This document shows, piece by piece, positions 19,374-29,016 of a stretch of 64,000 nucleotides of DNA (the stretch's first letter is position 1; each line of letters opens with the position of its first letter). Below the pieces are notes generated by a model. The model did no database searches, was not told where the DNA came from, and saw nothing but the letters and a program-made list of their open reading frames with translations. This stretch comes from Chitinivibrionales bacterium. GTDB taxonomy: Bacteria; Fibrobacterota; Chitinivibrionia; Chitinivibrionales; WJKA01. The position numbers and the translations under genes are program-made. Where the stretch lies: positions 32,001-96,000 of the forward strand of contig JBBRUX010000004.1 in the NCBI GenBank assembly GCA_038247415.1, read 5' to 3'.

Positions 19374-19402
19374 TTGATGAATACTAGCCATTATGCTATG
19401 AT
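19374..19402 (+). promoter_or_regulatory. sigma70-type promoter (extended -10) for the fibro-slime gene
   Basis: TTGATG-N17-TATGAT with TG at -15/-14. Confidence 0.5.
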
Positions 19403-19483
19403 TATAGAGAAGCATTCTATTTTTAGCTCTATACATTTCATCATCTTGCGTCTTTGGAGTTTCGATTTAACCAGGAGCATTCT

Positions 19484-22400
19484 ATGAAAACATCAACACC
19501 CGTTCGACATCTGTGGTTGGCCGTTCTGCTTACCGCCTTTGCATTTCCCTTGCTTGCTCAAGGGTACCTGTTGCCAGAAACGCTCTGGGTTAAGGTGAAT
19601 TTTTACGACTATCATGCAAATGGATCCAACCCAAACTTCGAACGATGCAATAGCGCAGCCACCGGCATGATTCAGGATACTTTGGATAAAGACCGCAAAC
19701 CAGTCTTCTTGGCTAACAAGGCATGCAATAACTACATCGACAAATGGTACAGGCCCAGCAAATTTACAAGCAGCAACGAGTTTGCATTTGACATGGTATC
19801 GGAATCCTGGAAATGGACAAATCTTATAGCGAGTACTATTGACAACAGAGGACTTGTAACCACCGGTTGGCAAAATGCTCCGCAAGATTCTATGACCAAC
19901 ATCAACTTTTACGACTCACTCCCTTTTATACTTCCTCGCACGCATCAAGATTCTGCAACCGGTACTTATGTTTTTAATCGCACCTCATCAAATCCCAAAC
20001 CAGCAGAAAAACAATTTTTCTGGCTCGATGGCAAAGGATTTGGAACTGAACCTGCAGGTTCAGGTCATAATTTTGCTTATACCATGGAATTACATCATGA
20101 GTTTACCTACAAGGGTGGTGAGTTTTTCAACTTCTCAGGCGATGATGATGTATGGGTATTTATCAATGGTAAACTTGCAATCGACCTTGGTGGTGTGCAC
20201 GGATCACAAAGCGCCTCATTGAACCTTGACAACGAAGCCGCAAAGTTTGGCCTTGTAAAAAATCGCAAATACATGTTCGATTTCTTTTATGCAGAACGAC
20301 ACACATCCCAGGCCAATTGCCTCATAACAACCAACATTCTAACACCTACAAAGCCTAATAATATTATCATTACAAACGATTCTACTCCGCCAGATCCCAA
20401 AAATCCTCCGCCCCGTAATGTGGATACATGCATTACAGCAGGCCAGTGCTTGCCGCTTTACGCATGGGTTGTGGACGACACCCTTGGGTTGCGACGCGAT
20501 TGGGGAACACTCGTGCAGTGGGAACTTGTTGACACTATGGGCAACCGTGACACCATTCGTCCAATCGGAAACTTTAATACATTTTGCCCTACAAAAGCAA
20601 ACGGAATTACCAAAATATACCTGACTTTTTCAGATCCCAAATTTCCCGATATTACCCTAACAGATTCTGTTCTGGTATGTGTTACCCCCGATGTTGCAAG
20701 CCATATGGTTATAGAAGGTACCAAAGATGGTTCGTTACATAACGACAATCCGCTCGATAGTATTACCATACCATCAACAAGCGCAACGGCATTGGTATAT
20801 GCAGTTATTCGTGACCGCTTTGGTAACTTTATAAATCAATCCAAAGCCACAACATGGCAAGTAATTAATGGTACCGATACCGTGAGCGTTGCGAATGGCA
20901 ATCAGACACTGGGGCAAGGGATACTTACAAAAAAAGGCCCCACCGGTACAGCCAAAGTTTCAGGCACAGCCAGCGCCTACGTTGGAGCGCTCTTTACAGA
21001 TACCATAAAAGTGCGCGTCGCACAAACACAATACGATTCTCTGAGAATTTCTGTTGGTCTAGGGGCACAACGATCCCGCATCGATAGCCTCGTTATTAAA
21101 ATGACACGTGATACAATCCTGTACGTAGAAGGTAAACGTAAAGATGGCCTTGGATGGGAACTCATAAGCGCATCGTGGTCGCTTAATGCTCTTACCGCAA
21201 CAACAACACCACCCGCATCGGCTACAACCTGGAACTTTAAGCCTGCAGCAATGGGTTTAGGAGCCATAATTGTAACCTCTGGTAGTATTACCTATTCGCT
21301 TAAAACACGTGTTCTTGCTGGTGGTGCAAATTCCCTTGCATTATACCCTAAAACTGGCACGCCGGGTGCAGCAAACGGCAACACTCCTTATGCAGGAATT
21401 CCGGTTTCGTATACGTATCCTGCTGGCACTCAAATTCCTTTATACGCCAAAATTTTCGATTTATATGCAACATGGCTCCTTGAATATGAAACAGATGGGA
21501 CCAAAGCCCCTTTATTTAGTTGGCAAGCACTCGATTCTGCTACGCATACACCAATCGATGCAAGCATAGGTTCCTTTTCAGCGACTCTAGGTAGTTCTAC
21601 TCTTTTTACTCCTACAAAATCTCTTAAAACTGTCGACATTATCGCTACCATGACAGAAGGCAATATTATTACCCGCGATACTATTCGGATTCGGATTAGA
21701 GCTGGGGTGGGTAATCACATTGTTATAGAAGCATCTCCCGATAGTTTATCGAGCCCCAACCGCGATAACCGAATTACCTCGGTTGAACTCCTGGCAACCG
21801 ACACCACCCGAAAAGTGTATGGTGTTGTCCGCGACGCATACGGTAATTATGTTGGCCCTGCCGATTCTGCGCTCTGGTTCTCCCGCGATACGTTAGTTGC
21901 CACGGCCCAAGTTGGTCCTTTAAGCTCCAAGGGAGAAGGTGTCGTACGACGTAAAGCCGATGCTTCAGCAACAACCTGGCTTGTGGTGACCAGCCGAACA
22001 TTTACCGATTCGGTTCCTATAATAGTAAGTGATATATCCTATACCGGACTACGCCTTGTTGTCAACAAGAATGGCTTACAAGATGTTGACACCGTAATTG
22101 TCAGAACCGATTTAGACACAACACTTTTAGCCCTTGGAAGAAGGTCTGATAATGGCTCGTGGGTAAATGTTGCGGTCACATGGAGTTCGAGCGGTCTAAC
22201 CCTTATACCAACTGCACCGGCGTTAGCAGATAGATATCTCTTTAGGCCAACCACAACGGGGTCGGGAAAAATACGTATTACTAAAGGGAACACCTCAGAT
22301 TCTGTGGTTGTAATTGTTAAAGATGGTTTACCTGCACGTGTTGCGCTCTATCCACGAGCTGGATCGCCATCGGGCACGAACACATCGTATCCTCCTGTAA

Positions 22401-25400
22401 CATCTCCAATCACCTTAGCTGCAGGCGATTCCATAATCCTCTTTGCAAAAATTTTCGACAAAAATAGTGTGTGGCTTGCCGCATACGAGCGTTCCAATGT
22501 TCCTATAACCTGGTCACTTGCGCAAGTTTCCGGGACTGGTAGCGGAACACTTAAAAGTACCACGGGAAATACCACGGTCTTTAGACCAATTTCATCTTCT
22601 ACCATAGTAGACGTAATCGCAACGTTCTCAGAAAACGGCATCACTTTGACTGCTGCGGTTCGCATACAGGTTGTTGCTGGCATTGCGCATCATTTGGTTA
22701 TTGAATCCTCGCCCAATGGATCGGTGAGCCCCCATGCCGACAATCCACTTGCTTCGGTGACAATTGGAAGTTTGGACACTTCAGCTATCATTTATGCTGT
22801 ACTGCGCGACAAATTTCAAAATTTCGTCAGCGCATCTCCAGCAACTACCTTTTCATCAACTAATGCTACAGCAGCAATTGTCAATAATGGCGTAGCCTCC
22901 TTAGGTGAAGGCATTATAGTTCGCAGGGCCCTTACTGGTACGACAATGATCATTGCCTCAAATATCAATAACCCAGCCCTTCGTGATACCGTCACCGTAA
23001 ACCTGAGCCAGGTTCTCTACGATTCGCTTCGTATTGCGGTCAACCAGAATGGAATTCGCCCGATTGATTTATTGAAGATACGAACCGACCAAGACACCGT
23101 ACTTTACGCAATTGGAAAACGTACTGACAATGGTTTATGGGATGCGGTAGTGGTACGCTGGAGTGCGGCTGGAATTACCACAATTCCAGGAATACCAACC
23201 AACCAGGTTAGTTCTTTTGCCTTTGCTCCTGCAGCACGTGGAAACGGAACTATAACAATAACAGCGGCTGGACGAAGTGGAACTTTTATTTCCAGCACCA
23301 TTCCTGTTCAAATGCTCACTGGTTTGCCTAAAGCGCTAGTGCTCTATCCGTTACCAGGCGCACCGAATGTATCGGGAAATTTTCCGTACCCTGCCAGTAC
23401 CATAACCGACACCATGACAGCTGGATTAACACGTCTGTTTGCTGCAAAAATTTTTGATCATAACACTATCTGGATAGACACTCTCGAAAAGTCAACAGCT
23501 CCAATAAGTTTTCGCATTATCGAGGTTACTGGAAATCCTCCTACAGGAATTCTCGCCCCAACCAGCGGAAGCTCATCAATCTTTTCGCCAACGCGAGCAT
23601 TTAATACAGTTCTGGTTGTAGCAACCTATGCAAGTCAGGGCATTACCCTTTCCGATAGTGTTCGCATTACCATATTTGCAAGCACTCCTACACATATGGT
23701 ACTTGAAGGAAGCTCCGATCCAACAAGAAGTCCGAATGCAGATAATCCTCTCTACGATGTTACGCTCACAAGCCGCGATACCGCAGCACTTGTTTACGCC
23801 ATACTGCGTGACAAATTCGGCAACTTTGCGGGTTATACACCCTCAGTCATATGGAGTTCTGTTGATACTAATGTCGCCAGAGCGTATCCTGGAGTTTCAG
23901 ATATTGGCGAAGGACGCATTGTCCGCAAAGCGATTACGGGCGAAACCATGGTGATTGCTCAAAATCGCGATAATCCTCTTATGATTGATACAGTAATAGT
24001 GCGCTTAGCAAGCATCACCTATGGTGGATTACGCATTGTTACCAATCAGGGAACTCTCAAGGATCTCGACACTCTCGTTTTGCGCATCGACCAAGATACT
24101 ACCCTTCTGGCTCTGGGTTTACGCTCAGATAACAATCAGTGGGATAATATACGAGTCACCTGGAGTATTTCGGGTGTCACGGCTTCGCCACATCCACCCG
24201 TTGGCGATAACAAGTGGAAATTAACCCCTGTCACGCTTGGTACTGGCACTCTTACAGCCCAAGCATCTGGTACAAGCGGAATACTTTCAGATATTATTGT
24301 TGTCATTTTTCAAAACGGAAGACCTAAAACACTATCGCTCTATCCCCATACCGGTACTCCCGATGTTAACAACAATACGCCCTATCCACCAGTAACTAGT
24401 ATCGATACCATTCGTGCTGGCGACATAGATACCCTTAATGCAAAGGTATTTGACAAAAACGGAACTTGGCTTTCTGCGTATGAACGGTCAACCGCTCCCA
24501 TTTCGTGGAGAATAGAGGAAGTTGCTGGAAGCGGTTCCACAGGAACACTTTCCACAGCTTCGGGAAATGTTTCGATATTTATGCCGACTCGTGCTTACAA
24601 TACGGTTTACGCAATTGGCGAATATCGTGAATTTGGAACAGTTATTGCCGATACCGTGAAATTCTTTATTATGCCAACCACACCTACCCATGTCGTACTC
24701 GAAGCTTCGAGCAATGTGATGGTAAGTCCTAACGCAGATAACCCTGCGGGAAGTATCACGCTTGGCACCAAAGATACGGTAGGATCGGTATATGCTGTGT
24801 ACCGTGATCGCTTTAATAACTTTGTTGAATATGTAAACCAGGCAACGTGGCGCATGAGTGATAGCACGTTTGTTTCGGTGGCACCTGGTATTACCGCTGT
24901 TGGTGAAGGCCGAATTACCCGAAAAAGCGCCGGTGGCGGCAACACCAGTGTTATTGTGCAAAGCCTGCTGTATCCCAACATGCTCGATACAGTAACGGTA
25001 CTTCTGGCAACGATCACCTACGACTCATTGCGAATTCTCGATTCCAAGGGAACTCCCATTTCAGTTCTTGACATGAGAACAGATCGGGATACGACCCTCT
25101 ATGTACAGGGCAAACGTTCCGATAATGGTAAATGGGAGCCAATTCCGGCAAGCTGGGAAACATCTGGGGGCTTATTGGTAAAACCTGCAGCACCGCGTGG
25201 TGTTGACGCTTGGAACTTTACTCCGTCGGATACGGGAAGCGGATTTATTAGAGTGACCTTAGGTAACGAAAAGATTACTATTCCAAAATCGATTGCAGTT
25301 CACTTTATTCAAGGTGTATCGGCTGGCCTTGCGCTATATCCACAGCCTGGCAAACCCAGTGCAACCAATAATGCTTACCCACCGTCTAATACTACGCTAG

Positions 25401-28126
25401 AGCTAACAGCCGGAACACCGATTACTCTTGTTCCGAAAATTTTTGATAGCAAAGGTATGTGGCTTGGCGATTCCACTGCATTATTTACTATTGTGGAACT
25501 AACCGGTTCTACTGCAAGCGGAACACTTTCATCGGCATCGGGAGCATTGGTTACGTTTACACCTCTCAAGGCATACCAAACGCTTTACATCATCGCTCGT
25601 CGTACGAGCGGAAGCATCGTGCTCTCGGATACGGTGTATTGCACAATTAACGCCGGGGCACAACATCATTTAACTATCGAAGCCGACCCCAACTGGCAAT
25701 CGCACCCCAACACCGACAATCGTACTGGTACTATTATTATTACCAATATCGATACGCTCGCAAAAGTGTATGCAATAGTTCGTGACTCGCTTGGGAACTT
25801 TGTAAAGTACTCAGATCCTACAACATGGACAGTTCTCGATACCTCGGTCATTAAAACAACAAAGGGGGTAGAAGCAATTGGCGAAGGAGTCATTCAAAAA
25901 ACGCATCCATCTCTCGACTCGATGCAAACCATTATTATTGCAACCGATCGGACAAATCCGTTGCTCTTAGACACGCTTACCGTGATCGTACTCAATATTC
26001 ACTTTAAGGAATTGCGTATTGTTAACAATCAGGGCACCGTATTACAGTCCCTTACAATGTCAACCAATAATGATACCACTCTGCATGTTGAAGGTTTGCG
26101 TTCTGATAATGACAAGTGGGTATCGGTACGCTCGTATTGGAGAATATCAACTAATTTGCCTGTGGCCCCACTACCACCGCAATTCGATAGTAAATACACC
26201 TTCTCCCCCACCCGTCCAGATTCCCTTAATGGTTATATTGTTGTTACGCTTGAAAATGATTCCACTATTCCTGATACCTTACCGGTCAGATTTACCATAG
26301 GTGCGCCGATAACCTTTGAAATTGAAATTCTTACTCCCGTGGCTGAGCGACTTGCTGGTGTTCCACTACAAACAGTAATACGCCTTAAAAATAAAGACGG
26401 CCTAGTTCCTGGAAGCTATTGTGGAGCTGTAACGTACTCTGATATTCTTGGTTCTGGCGGGCTGGATAGCGTTGGAACCATAACAGTAGATGGGGTCGTT
26501 TCTAAACTTGGGACATCCCCAGTTAACCAGTGTCTCTTAAACGGTACCGATACCGTTAGTATTACCTTATATTACGCGCCGCTTATCAAAACTCCCGATA
26601 GCTTGCATGCAATTTCGGCTTCGATAGGATCGCTTGTCACCACAACCGAAAAATTCCCCTTGCTTGCAGCTGATTTATCGTCGATACATATTGTCAAGGA
26701 CAATAGATCATCCAACCTTGCCGACACAACGCTACGTGCTCCATCCGAGAACCTCTTTATCTTTTCGGTTGGATATGATCGCTTTGGCAACCGTTTGGGG
26801 GATGTCGATGGAAACTGGGCCATTATCGAAGGCAATGGCGGTAATCTGCATCCACTTCAATTGCCTGATAAAACCAACAGACTGTACTACACAACATCGG
26901 GCGTGCTGTATGATGAGCATGGTTGCATAGTAGTAACATCATCGGAAAATGGAGCAATCAAGGATACGATATGCCTCATCATTATTCCTCCGCCAGCGCG
27001 ATTTGCCCAAGCAGTAACTCGCGATGCAAACGGAAATGGATATCTCGACCAAATTGCGCTAACATTTACAAAAGAAGTTACGATTTCATCGTACGATCTT
27101 TCACAAATTAGTATTGTGTCGGGATCAACACTCTTTGAAGTCGATAGTATCGTTGCCGTTAACGGGCCTCGTACACAACATTATATTCTCTATCTCAAAG
27201 AAAATAAAACAGCTCTCATGCAAACAGCATGGACACCTACAATTCTCATGCGCGATGTTCCTGATGCAGACTCCTTGATTGAGGATACGACGACCGATGG
27301 CGCAGGCCCTGTAATTGTGAGTGTGGTGCGAGAAATTACCGATTTGTCTGACCTGACAAAAGACATTATTACCATTACGCTTTCCGAACCCATAACAGGC
27401 GGAAACGGCAATGAATTCAAGATTACAAATGCACCGCAAGCAGTATTCAATGTTTGGAAACTTGACTCAGCGGGTGTTTATGTACCCATGGACGATATTC
27501 TTGATTCGATTCCGGGATTCCTTATTATACGTCAAAAAGATGTACTGAGGTTTGTTGTCGAAAATGGAAAAAACATCAGCTCGCTGTACTATTTCTCGCT
27601 CAAAGTCGATTCGACTGTACTGGCTGATAACAGTTCTCTTGTTGATGCAAAACTCAATCATCCAGAATTTGTTAACCGTAAAGTGCAAGTATTTGTTCAA
27701 CCGATTCGTGCTAAGGAGATGAAAATAGGTCCAAATCCTGCTGTTCCTAACATCAACGGCCCCCTATTCAGCGTCAAGTATGAACCTAATGCTAAAACGT
27801 GGGCATCAACTGTAGGGGGAACTGTCCTTTCGTTTCAACTCTTTATGAAACCCGGGCAAAAGGTCGACAACGTCAATGGCAATCTTCAGATATACGATCT
27901 TGGCGGTAATCTTGTAGTCTTTGCCGAAAAGCGCAATATGTTTGCCGATTTGCCCGAAGACTTTCTCGACGGTGGCGTACATGAGTATAATATTTATTGG
28001 GATGGTCTTAATGCACGTCGCATGAAAGTTGCCCCAGGAGTATATCATGCTGTACTCACTCTCGACTACATTGGTTCCTCGGTACTAGACAAAAAGATTA
28101 TCGGGTCGGTAGGAATTTCCCGGTAA
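19484..28126 (+). CDS. giant fibro-slime (PA14-like) surface protein with Ig-like repeats and FlgD-Ig/T9SS-like C-terminal domain, 2880 aa
   Basis: AGGAG RBS and signal peptide; fibro-slime motif HNFAYTME...FTY.GGE.F.F.GDDDVWVFINGKLAIDLGGVH...FFYAERHT; C-terminal IGPNP...IYDLGGNLV...WDG.N....VAPGVY. Confidence 0.88.
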   Translation: MKTSTPVRHLWLAVLLTAFAFPLLAQGYLLPETLWVKVNFYDYHANGSNPNFERCNSAATGMIQDTLDKDRKPVFLANKACNNYIDKWYRPSKFTSSNEFAFDMVSESWKWTNLIASTIDNRGLVTTGWQNAPQDSMTNINFYDSLPFILPRTHQDSATGTYVFNRTSSNPKPAEKQFFWLDGKGFGTEPAGSGHNFAYTMELHHEFTYKGGEFFNFSGDDDVWVFINGKLAIDLGGVHGSQSASLNLDNEAAKFGLVKNRKYMFDFFYAERHTSQANCLITTNILTPTKPNNIIITNDSTPPDPKNPPPRNVDTCITAGQCLPLYAWVVDDTLGLRRDWGTLVQWELVDTMGNRDTIRPIGNFNTFCPTKANGITKIYLTFSDPKFPDITLTDSVLVCVTPDVASHMVIEGTKDGSLHNDNPLDSITIPSTSATALVYAVIRDRFGNFINQSKATTWQVINGTDTVSVANGNQTLGQGILTKKGPTGTAKVSGTASAYVGALFTDTIKVRVAQTQYDSLRISVGLGAQRSRIDSLVIKMTRDTILYVEGKRKDGLGWELISASWSLNALTATTTPPASATTWNFKPAAMGLGAIIVTSGSITYSLKTRVLAGGANSLALYPKTGTPGAANGNTPYAGIPVSYTYPAGTQIPLYAKIFDLYATWLLEYETDGTKAPLFSWQALDSATHTPIDASIGSFSATLGSSTLFTPTKSLKTVDIIATMTEGNIITRDTIRIRIRAGVGNHIVIEASPDSLSSPNRDNRITSVELLATDTTRKVYGVVRDAYGNYVGPADSALWFSRDTLVATAQVGPLSSKGEGVVRRKADASATTWLVVTSRTFTDSVPIIVSDISYTGLRLVVNKNGLQDVDTVIVRTDLDTTLLALGRRSDNGSWVNVAVTWSSSGLTLIPTAPALADRYLFRPTTTGSGKIRITKGNTSDSVVVIVKDGLPARVALYPRAGSPSGTNTSYPPVTSPITLAAGDSIILFAKIFDKNSVWLAAYERSNVPITWSLAQVSGTGSGTLKSTTGNTTVFRPISSSTIVDVIATFSENGITLTAAVRIQVVAGIAHHLVIESSPNGSVSPHADNPLASVTIGSLDTSAIIYAVLRDKFQNFVSASPATTFSSTNATAAIVNNGVASLGEGIIVRRALTGTTMIIASNINNPALRDTVTVNLSQVLYDSLRIAVNQNGIRPIDLLKIRTDQDTVLYAIGKRTDNGLWDAVVVRWSAAGITTIPGIPTNQVSSFAFAPAARGNGTITITAAGRSGTFISSTIPVQMLTGLPKALVLYPLPGAPNVSGNFPYPASTITDTMTAGLTRLFAAKIFDHNTIWIDTLEKSTAPISFRIIEVTGNPPTGILAPTSGSSSIFSPTRAFNTVLVVATYASQGITLSDSVRITIFASTPTHMVLEGSSDPTRSPNADNPLYDVTLTSRDTAALVYAILRDKFGNFAGYTPSVIWSSVDTNVARAYPGVSDIGEGRIVRKAITGETMVIAQNRDNPLMIDTVIVRLASITYGGLRIVTNQGTLKDLDTLVLRIDQDTTLLALGLRSDNNQWDNIRVTWSISGVTASPHPPVGDNKWKLTPVTLGTGTLTAQASGTSGILSDIIVVIFQNGRPKTLSLYPHTGTPDVNNNTPYPPVTSIDTIRAGDIDTLNAKVFDKNGTWLSAYERSTAPISWRIEEVAGSGSTGTLSTASGNVSIFMPTRAYNTVYAIGEYREFGTVIADTVKFFIMPTTPTHVVLEASSNVMVSPNADNPAGSITLGTKDTVGSVYAVYRDRFNNFVEYVNQATWRMSDSTFVSVAPGITAVGEGRITRKSAGGGNTSVIVQSLLYPNMLDTVTVLLATITYDSLRILDSKGTPISVLDMRTDRDTTLYVQGKRSDNGKWEPIPASWETSGGLLVKPAAPRGVDAWNFTPSDTGSGFIRVTLGNEKITIPKSIAVHFIQGVSAGLALYPQPGKPSATNNAYPPSNTTLELTAGTPITLVPKIFDSKGMWLGDSTALFTIVELTGSTASGTLSSASGALVTFTPLKAYQTLYIIARRTSGSIVLSDTVYCTINAGAQHHLTIEADPNWQSHPNTDNRTGTIIITNIDTLAKVYAIVRDSLGNFVKYSDPTTWTVLDTSVIKTTKGVEAIGEGVIQKTHPSLDSMQTIIIATDRTNPLLLDTLTVIVLNIHFKELRIVNNQGTVLQSLTMSTNNDTTLHVEGLRSDNDKWVSVRSYWRISTNLPVAPLPPQFDSKYTFSPTRPDSLNGYIVVTLENDSTIPDTLPVRFTIGAPITFEIEILTPVAERLAGVPLQTVIRLKNKDGLVPGSYCGAVTYSDILGSGGLDSVGTITVDGVVSKLGTSPVNQCLLNGTDTVSITLYYAPLIKTPDSLHAISASIGSLVTTTEKFPLLAADLSSIHIVKDNRSSNLADTTLRAPSENLFIFSVGYDRFGNRLGDVDGNWAIIEGNGGNLHPLQLPDKTNRLYYTTSGVLYDEHGCIVVTSSENGAIKDTICLIIIPPPARFAQAVTRDANGNGYLDQIALTFTKEVTISSYDLSQISIVSGSTLFEVDSIVAVNGPRTQHYILYLKENKTALMQTAWTPTILMRDVPDADSLIEDTTTDGAGPVIVSVVREITDLSDLTKDIITITLSEPITGGNGNEFKITNAPQAVFNVWKLDSAGVYVPMDDILDSIPGFLIIRQKDVLRFVVENGKNISSLYYFSLKVDSTVLADNSSLVDAKLNHPEFVNRKVQVFVQPIRAKEMKIGPNPAVPNINGPLFSVKYEPNAKTWASTVGGTVLSFQLFMKPGQKVDNVNGNLQIYDLGGNLVVFAEKRNMFADLPEDFLDGGVHEYNIYWDGLNARRMKVAPGVYHAVLTLDYIGSSVLDKKIIGSVGISR
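20702..26300 (+). repeat. tandem ~1-kb (325-338 aa) intragenic repeat, (ABC)x5 + AB
   Basis: Unit starts (H-x-V/T-I/L-E) at about 20702, 21716, 22691, 23693, 24689, 25667; recurring DN, YA..RD.FGNF, GEG.I, YDSLRI, G.RSDN..W, L.LYP..G.P, KIFD....W. Confidence 0.9.
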
Positions 28127-28148
28127 AAATGCTTCTTCTGCGTCTTGA

Positions 28149-28184
28149 AACACGAGCACCAGAGACCTCTCTGGTGCTCGTGTT
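28149..28184 (+). terminator. perfect 17-bp inverted repeat after the fibro-slime gene
   Basis: AACACGAGCACCAGAGA-CC-TCTCTGGTGCTCGTGTT followed by GTATTTT. Confidence 0.75.
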
Positions 28185-28254
28185 GTATTTTGTAGATAAT
28201 GAATTATAATTATGTAGAAACAAATACGCACCCAACCTTAGCATACGAGACGCA

Positions 28255-29016
28255 ATGAACTTCAAGGCTCCAGAAAACACCGTTTTCGGCTTAAATGCCG
28301 TCAAAGAACTACTGACCACGCGGCTCAAAGACATTGATAAACTTTATTTCGATGCAGATAGACAATCATCTGCCCTTTTTGAGCTCGTTAAAGAGTGTAG
28401 ATCGCTGCGATTATCGTATCAGATGGTGCCTACCCAAAAGCTTAACGACCTTACGAACCGATCCAATCACCAAGGGATTGTTGCCCTCGTCAACGAAAAG
28501 TCATTCGTCGAAATAGAAGATATTCATAAAATTATTGCAGAATCCGATCGATTACCGTTGCTTGTGATACCGGCATCGGTCGAGGATCCCCGTAATTTAG
28601 GGGCAATCATCCGCTCTTGTGTGGCTTTTGGAGTACACGCACTGCTGCTTGAACGCCGCAATACTGCACCGCTTGGGGGCGGCGTTGCCAAAACTTCTGC
28701 AGGGGCGGTTGAACATATTGCAATCGCCAAACCGCGCAATTTGGAGGGGATAGTTCGCGATTTTAAAACAGCGGGATATAGTATTGTTGGAGCCGATATA
28801 AAAGGCACCGCTACCCCGGCAACAACATCTTTTTGTCAACCAACTATTCTTATTTTGGGTGGCGAAGATGTAGGGATTCCACCTTATCTTAGTAAGCTCT
28901 GCGACAGCATAGTCTCAATACCCATGCTACCTGATGCTCAATCGTTGAATGTGTCGGTTGCGGCCGGCATACTTCTGTATGAGTGTATGAGACAACGAAC
29001 CATTCTGGCGCCCTAA
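28255..29016 (+). CDS. rlmB: 23S rRNA 2'-O-methyltransferase, TrmH/SPOUT family
   Basis: NHQGIVA, EDPRNLGAIIRS, KTSAGAVE, LILGGEDVGI, IPM....SLNVSVAAGILLYE. Confidence 0.9.
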   Translation: MNFKAPENTVFGLNAVKELLTTRLKDIDKLYFDADRQSSALFELVKECRSLRLSYQMVPTQKLNDLTNRSNHQGIVALVNEKSFVEIEDIHKIIAESDRLPLLVIPASVEDPRNLGAIIRSCVAFGVHALLLERRNTAPLGGGVAKTSAGAVEHIAIAKPRNLEGIVRDFKTAGYSIVGADIKGTATPATTSFCQPTILILGGEDVGIPPYLSKLCDSIVSIPMLPDAQSLNVSVAAGILLYECMRQRTILAP

